64,000 nucleotides of DNA, from positions 1 through 64,000 of IMG/VR virus record IMGVR_UViG_3300023179_000065; one strand, written 5' to 3'. This DNA comes from a virus (Duplodnaviria > Caudoviricetes). A program made the position numbers and the translations under genes. The notes under the pieces are model-generated. The model did not search any database. It was not told the origin of the DNA and saw nothing but the letters and a program-made list of their open reading frames with translations. Each line of letters starts with the position of its first letter. The stretch's first letter is position 1. Shown here in pieces: positions 27,525 to 38,621 of this stretch.

Positions 27525-28396
27525 TGAATAATCTTTTTGAAAAATTTCCAGTTATTAATTATGCCAACAACATAGGCATTAATCTTTTAACAAAGTTAAA
27601 ATTTTCTGAGTCTTCTTTTAATAATTCGTCTTTATTTTATCCGTATACTATTAAAGAAGGTGAGAAGCCCGATCATGTAGCATTAAACTACTATGGTGAT
27701 GCCAGATATGTCTGGGTTGTTTATATGTGTAATAAGACTGTAGATCCATATTATGAATGGCCTCTAGATTCTTCTACCTTCGAACAATACATTGTTAAAA
27801 AATATGGCAGCGTTGCCAACGCAATTAATAAAACAGCATTTTATAGAGTATCATATCAAGATGACGATAGAATGCTAGCGACATCACAATTCGAAGACGA
27901 AGGTTTGTATCCCTCTGCAGTTAAGAAGTACTGGAGACCTGAAGTAAACGAACAAGGCACAACTATGTTCTATGTTCGTAAAGAATTAAATTGGGCGGTA
28001 GAAACTAACAAAGTAATATCGATGGACACCGACAATACTATTAGTTTCAGTGTGGGCGAGATTATTAAACAATCAAACACACAAGGCATTTCAGCTACAG
28101 GTAGTATTAAAAATATTGTAAGCAACACAGTCTTTATAAACCATATAGAAGGTCAATTTTTTAACACTAATAATACTATTAGTGTTATTACCGGTCAAGA
28201 GTCCGGTGCTACGGCAAATGTGCAAAGTATAACTTACGTTGCTAATACTATCAGCAACCTAGAAGCAGTATACTGGGAGCCAGTTAGCTTCTATACCTAT
28301 GAAGATGAGTTAAATTCTAGTAGAAAATTTATTAAGCTTATTGATAAAGCTTATATCGACAATATCGAAAAAGAAATATCTGATCTAGTATCATGA
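27524..28396 (+). CDS. gp53: Baseplate wedge subunit (LysM-like)
   Basis: YTIKEGEKPDHVALNYYG, DPYYEWP, YEDELN. Confidence 0.85.
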   Translation: MNNLFEKFPVINYANNIGINLLTKLKFSESSFNNSSLFYPYTIKEGEKPDHVALNYYGDARYVWVVYMCNKTVDPYYEWPLDSSTFEQYIVKKYGSVANAINKTAFYRVSYQDDDRMLATSQFEDEGLYPSAVKKYWRPEVNEQGTTMFYVRKELNWAVETNKVISMDTDNTISFSVGEIIKQSNTQGISATGSIKNIVSNTVFINHIEGQFFNTNNTISVITGQESGATANVQSITYVANTISNLEAVYWEPVSFYTYEDELNSSRKFIKLIDKAYIDNIEKEISDLVS

Positions 28397-29646
28397 CTCT
28401 TTCATTTAAAGAAAATGGTGATGTAAAGATCTATGATATTAAAATCACCAATAGCAATGGATCAGATACTAAGGATATAAGAGGCCAAGTAAAGCAAGTA
28501 TCTATATACGAAGACTTGGAAGAGCCTACTTTATTTTGTGACATTTTAATTGACGATCAAATTGACCTAGTTACTAAGCTTCCTATTTTAGGGGAAGAGA
28601 CTGTTAGTATATCTTTTAAGTCACCATTCAGAGATGATATAATAACTTATAAACTAAGAGTTTTTAACATAAGCAGCGAAGCGGTAATAGAAAGCAATCT
28701 AGGTAAAGTTTATAAGCTTCAATGTGTGTCGTCTGATCACTTCAATGGCACTACAAAAAACGTTCAACGATATTATGAAGATACTATTGACAATATAGTC
28801 AAAGATATTCTTACAAATATTATAAAGACAGATAAAAAGCTTTTTATTGAGCAGACCAAAGGTATTATTAAATGGACTATGCCCAGATGCAAAGCTTTCG
28901 AAGCTATAGATTTGTTAAGGCAAAGAGCAATCTCCGCTAGTGCTAAAACCGGTGGTGTATTTGTGTTCTATGAAGATCAGTTAGGTTATCATTTTGTATC
29001 GTTGGAGACCCTTTTAGAAAAGGGCAAATCTACTATAGGAAGCAGAGTATTTACTTATTCTCCTGCTACCAAGGAAGACCCTCAAAGAGAAGCACACAAC
29101 TTTAGAAACTTAATAAACTTTGAGCATCTTAAAAAGACGGATACCGCAGGTAAGTTATCTGGCGGGGTGTTTAACAATATTACTAAGTCGTATGATATAC
29201 TGACTAAAGGTTTTGAGGAAGTTAAATTCAAGCTTACAGAACAAGCTGGTAAGATAGAAACTGGTCAAAATAAAAAAACTACACTACCAAACAGCGCAAG
29301 TTTTATAAACGATCAGTCATCCAATGATGCATATAAGTTCTTTGCTCCTAAAGACTCCAGTAAAAATCCAGACTTTATTGCTGACTATCTAAGCTATAAA
29401 CAGGCGTACGCAACGCTATTTAATCAGAATATTGTAAGAGGTTACGTGCACGGGGATAGTAATTTAAAAGCAGGGGATTTAATAGAATTAAAACTTCCCG
29501 ATACCTCTGGTATAAAAACATCAGATAAAAAAGATAGTAACTATTCAGGCAACTATATTCTTACTAAATTAAGACATTTTATCTACCTGGATGATGGTAG
29601 ATTTAAACATAGAGTTTCTTTTGATTGCAATAAGGTGGGTTGGTAA
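28393..29646 (+). CDS. Baseplate hub protein (gp27-like)
   Basis: IYEDL, LPILGEE, FVFYED, HGDSNLKAGD, YSGNYILTKLRH; immediately before gp5. Confidence 0.75.
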   Translation: MTLSFKENGDVKIYDIKITNSNGSDTKDIRGQVKQVSIYEDLEEPTLFCDILIDDQIDLVTKLPILGEETVSISFKSPFRDDIITYKLRVFNISSEAVIESNLGKVYKLQCVSSDHFNGTTKNVQRYYEDTIDNIVKDILTNIIKTDKKLFIEQTKGIIKWTMPRCKAFEAIDLLRQRAISASAKTGGVFVFYEDQLGYHFVSLETLLEKGKSTIGSRVFTYSPATKEDPQREAHNFRNLINFEHLKKTDTAGKLSGGVFNNITKSYDILTKGFEEVKFKLTEQAGKIETGQNKKTTLPNSASFINDQSSNDAYKFFAPKDSSKNPDFIADYLSYKQAYATLFNQNIVRGYVHGDSNLKAGDLIELKLPDTSGIKTSDKKDSNYSGNYILTKLRHFIYLDDGRFKHRVSFDCNKVGW

Positions 29647-30371
29647 TGACAACAGGATTATTAGGAAAAGAAGGTTTTACTTGGTTTATAGGTGTAGTCG
29701 AAGATAGAAACGATCCGCTTAAACTGGGTCGCGTTCGGGTTAGAATTTATAATGTTCACTCTGAAAATACATCACTTATAAAAACTACAGAATTGCCATG
29801 GGCAAATGTTCTTAATCCTATTAACAGTGCTAGTTTAAAAACTGTAGGTATATCGCCTACAGGCATTTTAGTAGGTACTACAGTAGTAGGATTCTTTATG
29901 GACGGTAATGACGGTAATAACCCTATTGTTATGGGAACGCTTGCAGGCATTCCAGGTAATAAGCAAGAGAATCACGATGTGCCTAAAGAGGCAAGAGAAA
30001 TTAATTCTATTAATAAAGAGCTTACTGGTCCGGAACCAGCTTCTGCATACGGTGCTAAATATCCCTATAACAAAGTCATTAGAACTGAGAGAGGGCATGT
30101 TATCGAAATAGATGACACCCCGGATAAAGAGCGTATTCATGTGTATCATAAATCAGGCACGTACACAGAAGTTAATAGCGTAGGGCGACATGTATCTAAA
30201 GTAGTCGATAATGATTTTGATATTGTAGTCAAGAATCGAGAAGTATGGATTGGCGGTAATGTCAATGTACGAGTAAAAGGGAATGTTAACATTTTAGTAG
30301 ACGGCACATACACCGTTGAATCTAAGGGTAACATGAAATTTAAAGCACCTAGAATAGATCTAAACCCATGA
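29646..30371 (+). CDS. gp5: Baseplate central spike, short form without lysozyme
   Basis: WFIGVVEDRNDPLKLGRVRVR OB fold, YPYNKV, GHVIEIDDTP, beta-helix repeats. Confidence 0.92.
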   Translation: MTTGLLGKEGFTWFIGVVEDRNDPLKLGRVRVRIYNVHSENTSLIKTTELPWANVLNPINSASLKTVGISPTGILVGTTVVGFFMDGNDGNNPIVMGTLAGIPGNKQENHDVPKEAREINSINKELTGPEPASAYGAKYPYNKVIRTERGHVIEIDDTPDKERIHVYHKSGTYTEVNSVGRHVSKVVDNDFDIVVKNREVWIGGNVNVRVKGNVNILVDGTYTVESKGNMKFKAPRIDLNP

Positions 30372-30580
30372 TAAAAGGCAACTTTGTAATACTTAACGAG
30401 GGCAAGATTTTAAGCTTTCAAGATTATAACGATATTCCTTTAGTATTTGATAATCTTATCAGCTTTGAGCCAGCTACTCCAGAACCGCCTCATACAGATA
30501 TTGAGCATGGTCAAATGGAGCAATTTCAAACACTGTTTGAAGATCTTTTAAAAAGAGAAAGATATGCCGGCGGCAACTAG
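30368..30580 (+). CDS. Conserved small T4-like protein
   Basis: DIPLVFDNLISFEP..PEPPHT; between gp5 and PAAR. Confidence 0.65.
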   Translation: MIKGNFVILNEGKILSFQDYNDIPLVFDNLISFEPATPEPPHTDIEHGQMEQFQTLFEDLLKRERYAGGN

Positions 30581-30857
30581 AATAGGTGATGCTGATGTTC
30601 CTCATTGCTCTGGTATGACTAGAGCTCAAGGGTCCCCTGACGTATATGTCAACGGTATTAAGTGGAGCCGCCAAGGTGACAATAATACCGTTCATAAAAA
30701 GCCAGGTGGTAGCTCATGCGGCTCTCATGCTGCACCTATTACTACCGGATCAAAATCAGTATTTGTAAACGGAAAGGGAGCAGGCCGAGTAGGTGACGCT
30801 ATTACTAGTTGCACCAAAGTAGCAGCTGGTTCGCCTAACGTGTTTGCAGGTGGTTAA
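30564..30857 (+). CDS. PAAR spike-tip protein (gp5.4-like)
   Basis: MPAATRIGD, GSPDVYVNG, GRVGD, GSPNVFAG. Confidence 0.92.
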   Translation: MPAATRIGDADVPHCSGMTRAQGSPDVYVNGIKWSRQGDNNTVHKKPGGSSCGSHAAPITTGSKSVFVNGKGAGRVGDAITSCTKVAAGSPNVFAGG

Positions 30858-31283
30858 ATGGCAGTAGTTAAGCGTTCTACTCTCAAAGAAACCCAAAAGC
30901 AGAATATTTACTATTCTGACTTACAAACTAATCTTGCTATTCATCCTAATAAGAAGGATCTTACTAGAACCTTTAATGATGATGCGGTAAAGAGAAGTAT
31001 ACGAAATATATTGCTTACCAATAGAGGCGAGAAGCTAATGAACCCTCAATTTGGTAGCGACATAAGATCGTTATTATTTGAAAACATGACCCCTGTTACG
31101 GAAAGTTTACTTAAGGATTATGTTGCAAATGCTATTAGTAACTACGAGCCAAGAGCAAATGTTATTGCTATTAATGTTACTGCACTTTATGACTACGATG
31201 CTTATGCCATAACTGTTGTTTTTAGTGTAATAAATAAAAAGGAACCAATTACACTAGAGCTGCTTATTAACAGGATCCGTTAA
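30858..31283 (+). CDS. gp25: Baseplate wedge subunit
   Basis: AVKRSIRNILLTNRGE, FGSDIRSLLFE, NYEPR. Confidence 0.92.
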   Translation: MAVVKRSTLKETQKQNIYYSDLQTNLAIHPNKKDLTRTFNDDAVKRSIRNILLTNRGEKLMNPQFGSDIRSLLFENMTPVTESLLKDYVANAISNYEPRANVIAINVTALYDYDAYAITVVFSVINKKEPITLELLINRIR

Positions 31284-33088
31284 TGTCAAATACAAGTATT
31301 AATCTAGTAGGTCTAGATTTTGAGACTATCAAAGGTAATTTAATAGATTATCTTAAAAGATCAGATTCGCCCTTTAAAGATGTTAATTTTGAAGGCTCGA
31401 ATATCTCTCAGCTCTTAGATGTGCTTTCATACAACACATATTTAAATTCCTACTATCTTAACATGGTAGGCAGTGAGATGTTTTTGGATTCAGCTCAGCT
31501 TAGAGAGAGCATCGTATCACATGCTAAAGAGCTAAATTACGTTCCTCGATCATTTACATCATCCTCAGCACACGTATCATTTAACATATACCCGTCTACG
31601 CCGCTTAATTCTATCTTAGTACCTAAGGGCACAACATTTACTACTAAACTAGGTAGTAACAGCTATACCTTTAGTACTGGAGAGAATCTAATCTTCAATT
31701 CTAGTTCTAACGGCGTTATTGTTATAGATGATTTAGAAATTTTTGAGGGTAATTACCTTACAGACACTTTTGTATTTGATTCCACTAATACAGCTCAACG
31801 TTTTGTGCTATCTAATCCTACTGTTGATACTAGAAGTATTAGTGTATTAGTTCTAGAAAATAGCGGCGCTAACACCTACACCTATAACAGAGCAACGTCA
31901 TTCTTAGGGGTAAATGCTAATACTAAATGTTACTTCCTACAAGCAGCCGAAAATTATCAATATGAAATACTTTTCGGGGACAATGTCATAGGAAGAAAGC
32001 CACTTAACGGGGCAACAGTTCTAGTTGAATATCGAGTATGTAATGGTGAATTGCCGAACGGATCATCAGCGTTTTTCTTAGACGGACCAATTCAGTCTCA
32101 GACTAATGTAAGTCCTATTGCTGTTATATCAGCTGCATCAGGTGGTAGCGTAAATGAATCTGATGATTCTATTAAGTATAATGCCCCACGTGCATACCAA
32201 AATCAAGAACGCGCAGTAACTACTAGTGACTACGAGAATCTTCTACTACAAAACTTCCCAGAAATACAAGCTATTTCAGCTTATGGCGGAGATACAGTTT
32301 CACCACCTCAATATGGTAAGGTCTTTATTTCTGTGGATGTGGTAGGCTCAGAAGGTACTCCAGAATTAACCAAAAGAAAATTCTACAACTTTATAAAGTC
32401 TAGATCACCTCTTTCGATTGACCCGGTTATAGTTGAGCCTGAATTTTTGTATGTAGAAGTTGCTTCCAACGTACAATACAATATTAATATTACATCTTTA
32501 AAAGATAACGATATAAAGTCCTTGGTTGCCTTAAGCATTAGTAATTTTAATCAAACCTATTTACAGAACTTTAAGAGCACTTTAAGATTTAGTAAATTTT
32601 TAAAGGTTATTGATGATACACATCCAAGCATTTTAAGTAATGAGACTACAGTTGTTCCATTCAAGTCTTTACAGCCTATACGTGGAGCTGAATATACAAC
32701 AACTATATCTTTTGGATACGCAATTACTAATAATATAATACAGGACATACCAGGAACCACCACACGCCCATTCAATGCAGTGCATAATATTAGATCTAGC
32801 GTCTTTAGAAAAAATAATGCAGATTATTTCTTAGAAGATGACGGGCAAGGTAATTTGTATACTATTACCCTACAAGGTAGCGATCATAAAAAGATTGCTA
32901 AGATAGGTACTGTTAATTATACTAGCGGCACTGTAAATATTTCTAATCTTATAATTGATGATTATACAGGGTCGGAAATTAAACTATACGCAACACCCGT
33001 ACATAAAGATATTAATTCAGACAAAAATGTTATACTTCTAATCAGAGATGAAGATGTAACTGTAACCGTTAGCCCGGTAAGAATCTAA
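31283..33088 (+). CDS. gp6: Baseplate wedge subunit
   Basis: LDFETIK, FEGSN, FLDSAQLRESIVSHAK, QERAVTTSDY, PPQYGKVFI. Confidence 0.95.
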   Translation: MSNTSINLVGLDFETIKGNLIDYLKRSDSPFKDVNFEGSNISQLLDVLSYNTYLNSYYLNMVGSEMFLDSAQLRESIVSHAKELNYVPRSFTSSSAHVSFNIYPSTPLNSILVPKGTTFTTKLGSNSYTFSTGENLIFNSSSNGVIVIDDLEIFEGNYLTDTFVFDSTNTAQRFVLSNPTVDTRSISVLVLENSGANTYTYNRATSFLGVNANTKCYFLQAAENYQYEILFGDNVIGRKPLNGATVLVEYRVCNGELPNGSSAFFLDGPIQSQTNVSPIAVISAASGGSVNESDDSIKYNAPRAYQNQERAVTTSDYENLLLQNFPEIQAISAYGGDTVSPPQYGKVFISVDVVGSEGTPELTKRKFYNFIKSRSPLSIDPVIVEPEFLYVEVASNVQYNINITSLKDNDIKSLVALSISNFNQTYLQNFKSTLRFSKFLKVIDDTHPSILSNETTVVPFKSLQPIRGAEYTTTISFGYAITNNIIQDIPGTTTRPFNAVHNIRSSVFRKNNADYFLEDDGQGNLYTITLQGSDHKKIAKIGTVNYTSGTVNISNLIIDDYTGSEIKLYATPVHKDINSDKNVILLIRDEDVTVTVSPVRI

Positions 33089-36000
33089 TGTATAATGTAG
33101 AACAAAGTATTTCTAATTTTGTAGAAAGCCAGTTTCCTGACTTTTATAAAGAAGAAGGGCCACTATTCGTTTTATTTGCTAAAGAATATTATAAGTGGCT
33201 AGAACAAAATTATGTTTATATTAGATTATCTAATCCAGAGAATTTTAATGTAGGAAATAATGTTTATCAATCGCCTGCATCCGGTGTTATAGAGAGTATA
33301 GATTCTAGTAATATACTAGTAAGAGTAACAAGCGACGGGTTTAGATGTACAAGTCAGTGTCTCAATAGCATTGAGCTTATTACTAGCGACGCGGGGGGTA
33401 GCTCCTATATCAGAGAAATAACTAGTACGAATCCTATCTACAATGCAAGAAAATTGTTTTCTTATAGAGATGTTGATTCAACCACGGAACGTTTTTTAGT
33501 TTACTTTAAAGAAAAGTACCTAAAGGGTATTCAATTTGATACTTATACAGCTAAAAAGACTTTAATAAAAGCTGCCCAGGATCTGTATAGCTCAAAAGGC
33601 ACGGAAAGATCTATAGATCTGCTATTTAAACTAGTGTTTGGAGTAGGAGCTACTACTTATTATCCAGGTGATGATATACTTAAGCCCTCGTCTGGTAGAT
33701 GGGTAATTCCAAACTATTTGGAGATAACTGAATCCCCTAGAACTATTAGTTTTATTGGTAGAGAAATTATAGGGTCGGTTTCAGGGGCCAGAGGATATTG
33801 TGAATATATCGTTAAGAGAAATATTAAAGGCAAGATAATTGACGTTCTTTATTTAAGTAACGTAAGGGGTACATTTGTAGCCGGTGATTCAATAATTGAA
33901 TACGCAAATCAAATTCTTAAAGATGCGCCTGTAGTAGTAGGCTCACTTACAACGGTTGATATTACAACAGGCGGTGCAGGGTTTGCAGTGGGTGAACAGG
34001 TAGAGATTGTATCGAGCAAAGGCGTTGAAGGAAAGGCTATTGTAACTGGTATAGAAACTCAAACCGGTTTAGTAAAATTCACTCTTGTAAATGGAGGTTG
34101 GGGATACAGTAATAATTCCCTTATCGTAGCCCGCAAGATGCTAAAAGTTCTTAACAGAACTAATTCAAATACAAGCATAACAGATTTTCAAAGATTTGAA
34201 AAAGTAAAGCAGGATCTATGGGATATCACGTTAAATAATTTAACAGGTAATAGTACAACATTATCGGTAAGTGACGTGCTAGGAGGTATAGCTATAAATC
34301 AAGCTAACTCCACAGCATTAATATGCGATATATTAACTGTACCTGCTAATAATATTGGTACTTTCTTAGTAAGTAAAGTATCAGGCAATATTAACGCCAA
34401 TAGCTTTATAAGATTAGCCAACGTTTCTTTTATAACTGCTATAAGTAACACTTCGTCTACTGCTGAATTTACGATAGGCGATGTTATGCAGCAATCTAAT
34501 GGCAGCGCAAATGTTACTACTGGTGTAATAAGTCAAATAACTAGTACTAAAACTCTTACAGTCAATACTTCTTCTATTACCGGCAACGGTATTCATGTCG
34601 GGTGGTATGCTAAGCAAGCCACCACAAACGCTGCAGGTCTAGTAATGGCCTTGCCGTGGAGCTCTTTAGGCAGTTACAACACGGTTCCAAAAGTGGTATT
34701 GTCAGATACAACTGGCACATTTAATACTACCAATATAATCTCATTGTATAGTGATGCTGCATACACCAATTTGCAATCCGAGTTTTATACTACGGGCATA
34801 GCAAACACAAACACATATAAACTAATATCAGTTAATGGTGCACGGTTTTACCCTGGAAATACCATTTATGGAACAGTATCTCCCGAAATAAGCACTATCT
34901 TGGTTGCATCTGACGCCGGTGGTATTCTTTCTAGCTACACCGATGTGTCAGCAACTGCTAATGTTATTTCAGTAGGCTCTGAATATATTGGTTTAATTAA
35001 TGTAGTTAATGCTTTTGATGATACACCCAATAATAGAATAGTGGGGCTTACTTCTAACACATACGGCGAAATAACTCTTCTTTCAACAGGACAGGGTGCA
35101 AATGCGAGTATAGGTTCACTAGTTGATACTGAAACAGTTAGAATATGTTTAGATTTTCTAGCCGCTAATAATGACGGCAGTGTATCTGATTCTATAGAGT
35201 TCCCTAGCATGACATTAAATGGGGTAAATTCAACCTATGGTTATATCAGCTCATTAACTATAGACAATCCAGGCTCAGGTTACGATAATACTAATATAGT
35301 TGTGTTCAGCGGTGGAAATTCAGGTATAGGTTCTTTTAGTGCCGCTAATGCTACTATTAATACTGATAGTACAGGCAGGATAATAAAATTAAATCTTTCT
35401 GCTAACGTTGGTAGTAAATATGTTACCACACCTACTGTTTCTGTAGTTAATAGTACTGGTGGCTCAACCGGTGTTGGAACTAACGCGTCTATTATCCCAG
35501 CATTTCCTCTAGGCTTCTTTAAACTTCCTGCAGGGGATATGAATGTACCTCTGCTACAACTATTAAGATTCAACAACCGAATTGTAGGGGAAATTGCATC
35601 ACTTTCAAATATCAATCCAGGTGAAAATTACAATGTTGCACCTTCTGTTATTGGTTATGAATATGGAATTGCTGAACTAGATTCTAAGGATTACATCATA
35701 GCAATTAGCAACTTGAACGGTCCTCCTTTTGTAGTTAATGAAACAATCACACAAACATCGCAAGTACCGTCGACTATACTATCTTGCAATGCACTATCCG
35801 GAAATACTACACTAGAAGTTAATCATATACTTACACAAAGTAATGGCGCTGCTATTATTGCATCAGGTGAAGTTTATAGTTACTCTACTAATGCCATTTC
35901 TAATTCAGTAACTATTACTGTAGTTAACTTAGACGGCACATTTAATACAAGCTATAATATTGCTGACACTCAAACAGGAGGAGTCTTTCAATTAAATACT

Positions 36001-36597
36001 AAGACAACCTCTACTTTAGGACAGATAGCAAAAGGAAAAATAAAAACTTCCAACTCTACTGTCATAACTGTAAGCCGTAGATCCTTGTTTAATAATTTTG
36101 TTCCTAGTGCTTCTAACAATCTGATAGGACAGGTTACTTTATCTAACTGTTCCATTGTAAGTGTAACTCCAGACACACTTTCAACTGCAGCAGGAGATAA
36201 TGCAGTTGTTACATCAAACGTTGTGTATCAAGCAGGCTCATTGACTAGTATACAAGTGATAGACTCAGGTTTTGGGTATGAGCAGGATGAAGGAGTTTCT
36301 ATGACTTCTGCCGCTGGGGAAACTGCTACCGGTAAGAGCAATGTCACTAGATACGGTATAGGTTCCGGATATTATGCATCTAAGGATGGGTTTCTAAGTG
36401 ATGTTAAAAAGATTCATGACGGGGAATACTATCAAGAGTATTCTTATGAAGTACAGAGCCCTATCCCGCTAGATAAGTATACTAACATCCTTAGAGAAAT
36501 TCTGCATGTTGCGGGTACTAAGCTTTTTGGTAAAGTAAAACTTAGCAGCACAGTTAACAATAATATTATATCAACTTCTAGCATAACCATATTATAA
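33088..36597 (+). CDS. gp7: Baseplate wedge initiator
   Basis: VESQFPDF, YSSKGTERS, ILKPSSGRW, YYQEYSYEV, HVAGTKLFG. Confidence 0.85.
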   Translation: MYNVEQSISNFVESQFPDFYKEEGPLFVLFAKEYYKWLEQNYVYIRLSNPENFNVGNNVYQSPASGVIESIDSSNILVRVTSDGFRCTSQCLNSIELITSDAGGSSYIREITSTNPIYNARKLFSYRDVDSTTERFLVYFKEKYLKGIQFDTYTAKKTLIKAAQDLYSSKGTERSIDLLFKLVFGVGATTYYPGDDILKPSSGRWVIPNYLEITESPRTISFIGREIIGSVSGARGYCEYIVKRNIKGKIIDVLYLSNVRGTFVAGDSIIEYANQILKDAPVVVGSLTTVDITTGGAGFAVGEQVEIVSSKGVEGKAIVTGIETQTGLVKFTLVNGGWGYSNNSLIVARKMLKVLNRTNSNTSITDFQRFEKVKQDLWDITLNNLTGNSTTLSVSDVLGGIAINQANSTALICDILTVPANNIGTFLVSKVSGNINANSFIRLANVSFITAISNTSSTAEFTIGDVMQQSNGSANVTTGVISQITSTKTLTVNTSSITGNGIHVGWYAKQATTNAAGLVMALPWSSLGSYNTVPKVVLSDTTGTFNTTNIISLYSDAAYTNLQSEFYTTGIANTNTYKLISVNGARFYPGNTIYGTVSPEISTILVASDAGGILSSYTDVSATANVISVGSEYIGLINVVNAFDDTPNNRIVGLTSNTYGEITLLSTGQGANASIGSLVDTETVRICLDFLAANNDGSVSDSIEFPSMTLNGVNSTYGYISSLTIDNPGSGYDNTNIVVFSGGNSGIGSFSAANATINTDSTGRIIKLNLSANVGSKYVTTPTVSVVNSTGGSTGVGTNASIIPAFPLGFFKLPAGDMNVPLLQLLRFNNRIVGEIASLSNINPGENYNVAPSVIGYEYGIAELDSKDYIIAISNLNGPPFVVNETITQTSQVPSTILSCNALSGNTTLEVNHILTQSNGAAIIASGEVYSYSTNAISNSVTITVVNLDGTFNTSYNIADTQTGGVFQLNTKTTSTLGQIAKGKIKTSNSTVITVSRRSLFNNFVPSASNNLIGQVTLSNCSIVSVTPDTLSTAAGDNAVVTSNVVYQAGSLTSIQVIDSGFGYEQDEGVSMTSAAGETATGKSNVTRYGIGSGYYASKDGFLSDVKKIHDGEYYQEYSYEVQSPIPLDKYTNILREILHVAGTKLFGKVKLSSTVNNNIISTSSITIL

Positions 36598-38612
36598 TGT
36601 CAAGATTAGTAACTAGTTATTTTAAAAATCATATCGCAGCTCAGATATCAGAATCTTTTATCGAGCCTGCTAATAACGTATATTATATGTTGGCTTCTAG
36701 ACATATGCCTTACCCTCAAGGCGATGATAATATATTAAATGCGAACAATAGCACTAAAGCTGTCTTCATAGAGCCTTACGAGCAAGGAATATTTGCTAAA
36801 AAAATTCAAGCTACAGATACCGCGCGCATGGCTCATAGATACGACTGGGTATCTAATACAATATATGATAGCTATGATAGTGATGCTGACTTAACCAACA
36901 AACAATTCTATGTAAGCACTACCGATGGTTCGACTTATTTTATATACAAATGCTTAGATAATAATGGTAACACAGCATCAACATATAGCCCAGCAGACAC
37001 AGTAGAAAGTGCTTGTAGCTTTTCTACTAGTGACGGGTATGTTTGGAAGCTTATGTATAAAATGGCAAACAATGATTTTCTAAAGTTCGCTTCTGACGAT
37101 TATATGCCAGTAGTTACTAGTGCCAACGTTGCAGGAAATACTGTACCAGGGGCTATCGACGTTATTAGAGTTACTAATGCCGGGTCAGACTATATCTCTA
37201 CATTTACCGGAACGTTTAACATTGATGATTTAAGAGATTCAATTCCTACGATTATAGGGAGCAGTACTACCTATAGACTTGCAAATACCGCATCTGCTAA
37301 TGCTAACTTCTACATTAACAGTGCAATGTATATTACTGGTGGCGCAGGTATGGGCGGTCTAAGAAAAATAACTGAATATGACCATGTTAATAAAGTAGTA
37401 GTGGTAGAAACACCTTTCAGCACTCAACCTTCTGCAGGATCCACGTATTTAATTGCTCCTAATGTTGTTGTTGCTGGAGACGGTACGGCAAATGTTACAG
37501 GGTATGCTACAGTTTCTTCTAACGCTACTGTAAATAACTTTATTAGCAAGATTAATATAGTAGAAAGAGGTGCCGGGTTTACATATGGCACAGCTGAGGT
37601 TCAAGGCAATACTGGCGGCGTATCTAATAGCGCCGTATTAAAGGTTATTATACCACCACAAGGCGGTCATGGGGCAGATGCAGAGAATGAACTTGGTGCA
37701 ACTAGTTTTGGTATAGGAATTGAGTTTACCGGGGATGAAAACGGTTATGTCACAACTCAAAATGATTATAGATCCATCTACATTCTTAAAGACCCATTGC
37801 TTAATAATGTAACACTAGAACTTGCTAATAATGTAGGAACGTTCCTAGGCACAGAAGAAATTGTACAAGTAAGCTATAAGACCCTTGCTGGTATTGCCGT
37901 GGTAGATACGACTAATAGCACTATCACAGGTATTTCTACAGAATTTAATAGCGCGTTAAAGATAGGAGATGAGGTTATCATATACGATACAGTTAACAAT
38001 ACAAGATGTTTGAGAACTGTAGAGTCTATTGCTAATTCTACTTCCGTTACTTTAAGTAGCGCCCCTACATTTAACTCTACTATTGCAAGCGTACAATTCA
38101 TAGAGCGTATTAGTACAGGTACTAGAGCAGGCGGCTCATTACCCTACCTAAATATGAATAGTGTTGAGCCAAAATTTCAGATCGGTAAGAATGTAATAGG
38201 AGTAGTATCAGGAGCATGGGGTAATGTTTCAGCAATAACTATTAACGATGTGGAATATAATAATTTTAATACACTAGATAATAGAACTCGCGTACCTTAC
38301 GATAGTATAGTTGGAACATTAAACGAAGATGCAGAAGTTTATCAAGTTGATCTCTCAGTTGCTAACGCCTACATTCACTCTACTAACAATACTTACCTAT
38401 TCCTGACTAGTGAAAGAGGGGTTATAAATCCTGATTTGATAGATACGATCAAGGTAGTAGATAGTAATACAACAATTATACCAGGAACAGGCACTAGATA
38501 CTCACCAGATATTGTTAAAGGTAGCGGCAATATATTATACGTTGAGAACCTAGACCCTATTGCAAGAGACGACGAACAGTCCGAAGCAGTCAGAGTTATA
38601 TTGAATTTTTAA
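36597..38612 (+). CDS. gp8: Baseplate wedge subunit
   Basis: RYDWVSNTIYD, YKCLDNN, DGYVWKLMY, PPQGGHG, SGNILYVEN...EAVRVILNF. Confidence 0.88.
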   Translation: MSRLVTSYFKNHIAAQISESFIEPANNVYYMLASRHMPYPQGDDNILNANNSTKAVFIEPYEQGIFAKKIQATDTARMAHRYDWVSNTIYDSYDSDADLTNKQFYVSTTDGSTYFIYKCLDNNGNTASTYSPADTVESACSFSTSDGYVWKLMYKMANNDFLKFASDDYMPVVTSANVAGNTVPGAIDVIRVTNAGSDYISTFTGTFNIDDLRDSIPTIIGSSTTYRLANTASANANFYINSAMYITGGAGMGGLRKITEYDHVNKVVVVETPFSTQPSAGSTYLIAPNVVVAGDGTANVTGYATVSSNATVNNFISKINIVERGAGFTYGTAEVQGNTGGVSNSAVLKVIIPPQGGHGADAENELGATSFGIGIEFTGDENGYVTTQNDYRSIYILKDPLLNNVTLELANNVGTFLGTEEIVQVSYKTLAGIAVVDTTNSTITGISTEFNSALKIGDEVIIYDTVNNTRCLRTVESIANSTSVTLSSAPTFNSTIASVQFIERISTGTRAGGSLPYLNMNSVEPKFQIGKNVIGVVSGAWGNVSAITINDVEYNNFNTLDNRTRVPYDSIVGTLNEDAEVYQVDLSVANAYIHSTNNTYLFLTSERGVINPDLIDTIKVVDSNTTIIPGTGTRYSPDIVKGSGNILYVENLDPIARDDEQSEAVRVILNF

Positions 38613-38621
38613 GAGGGAAGT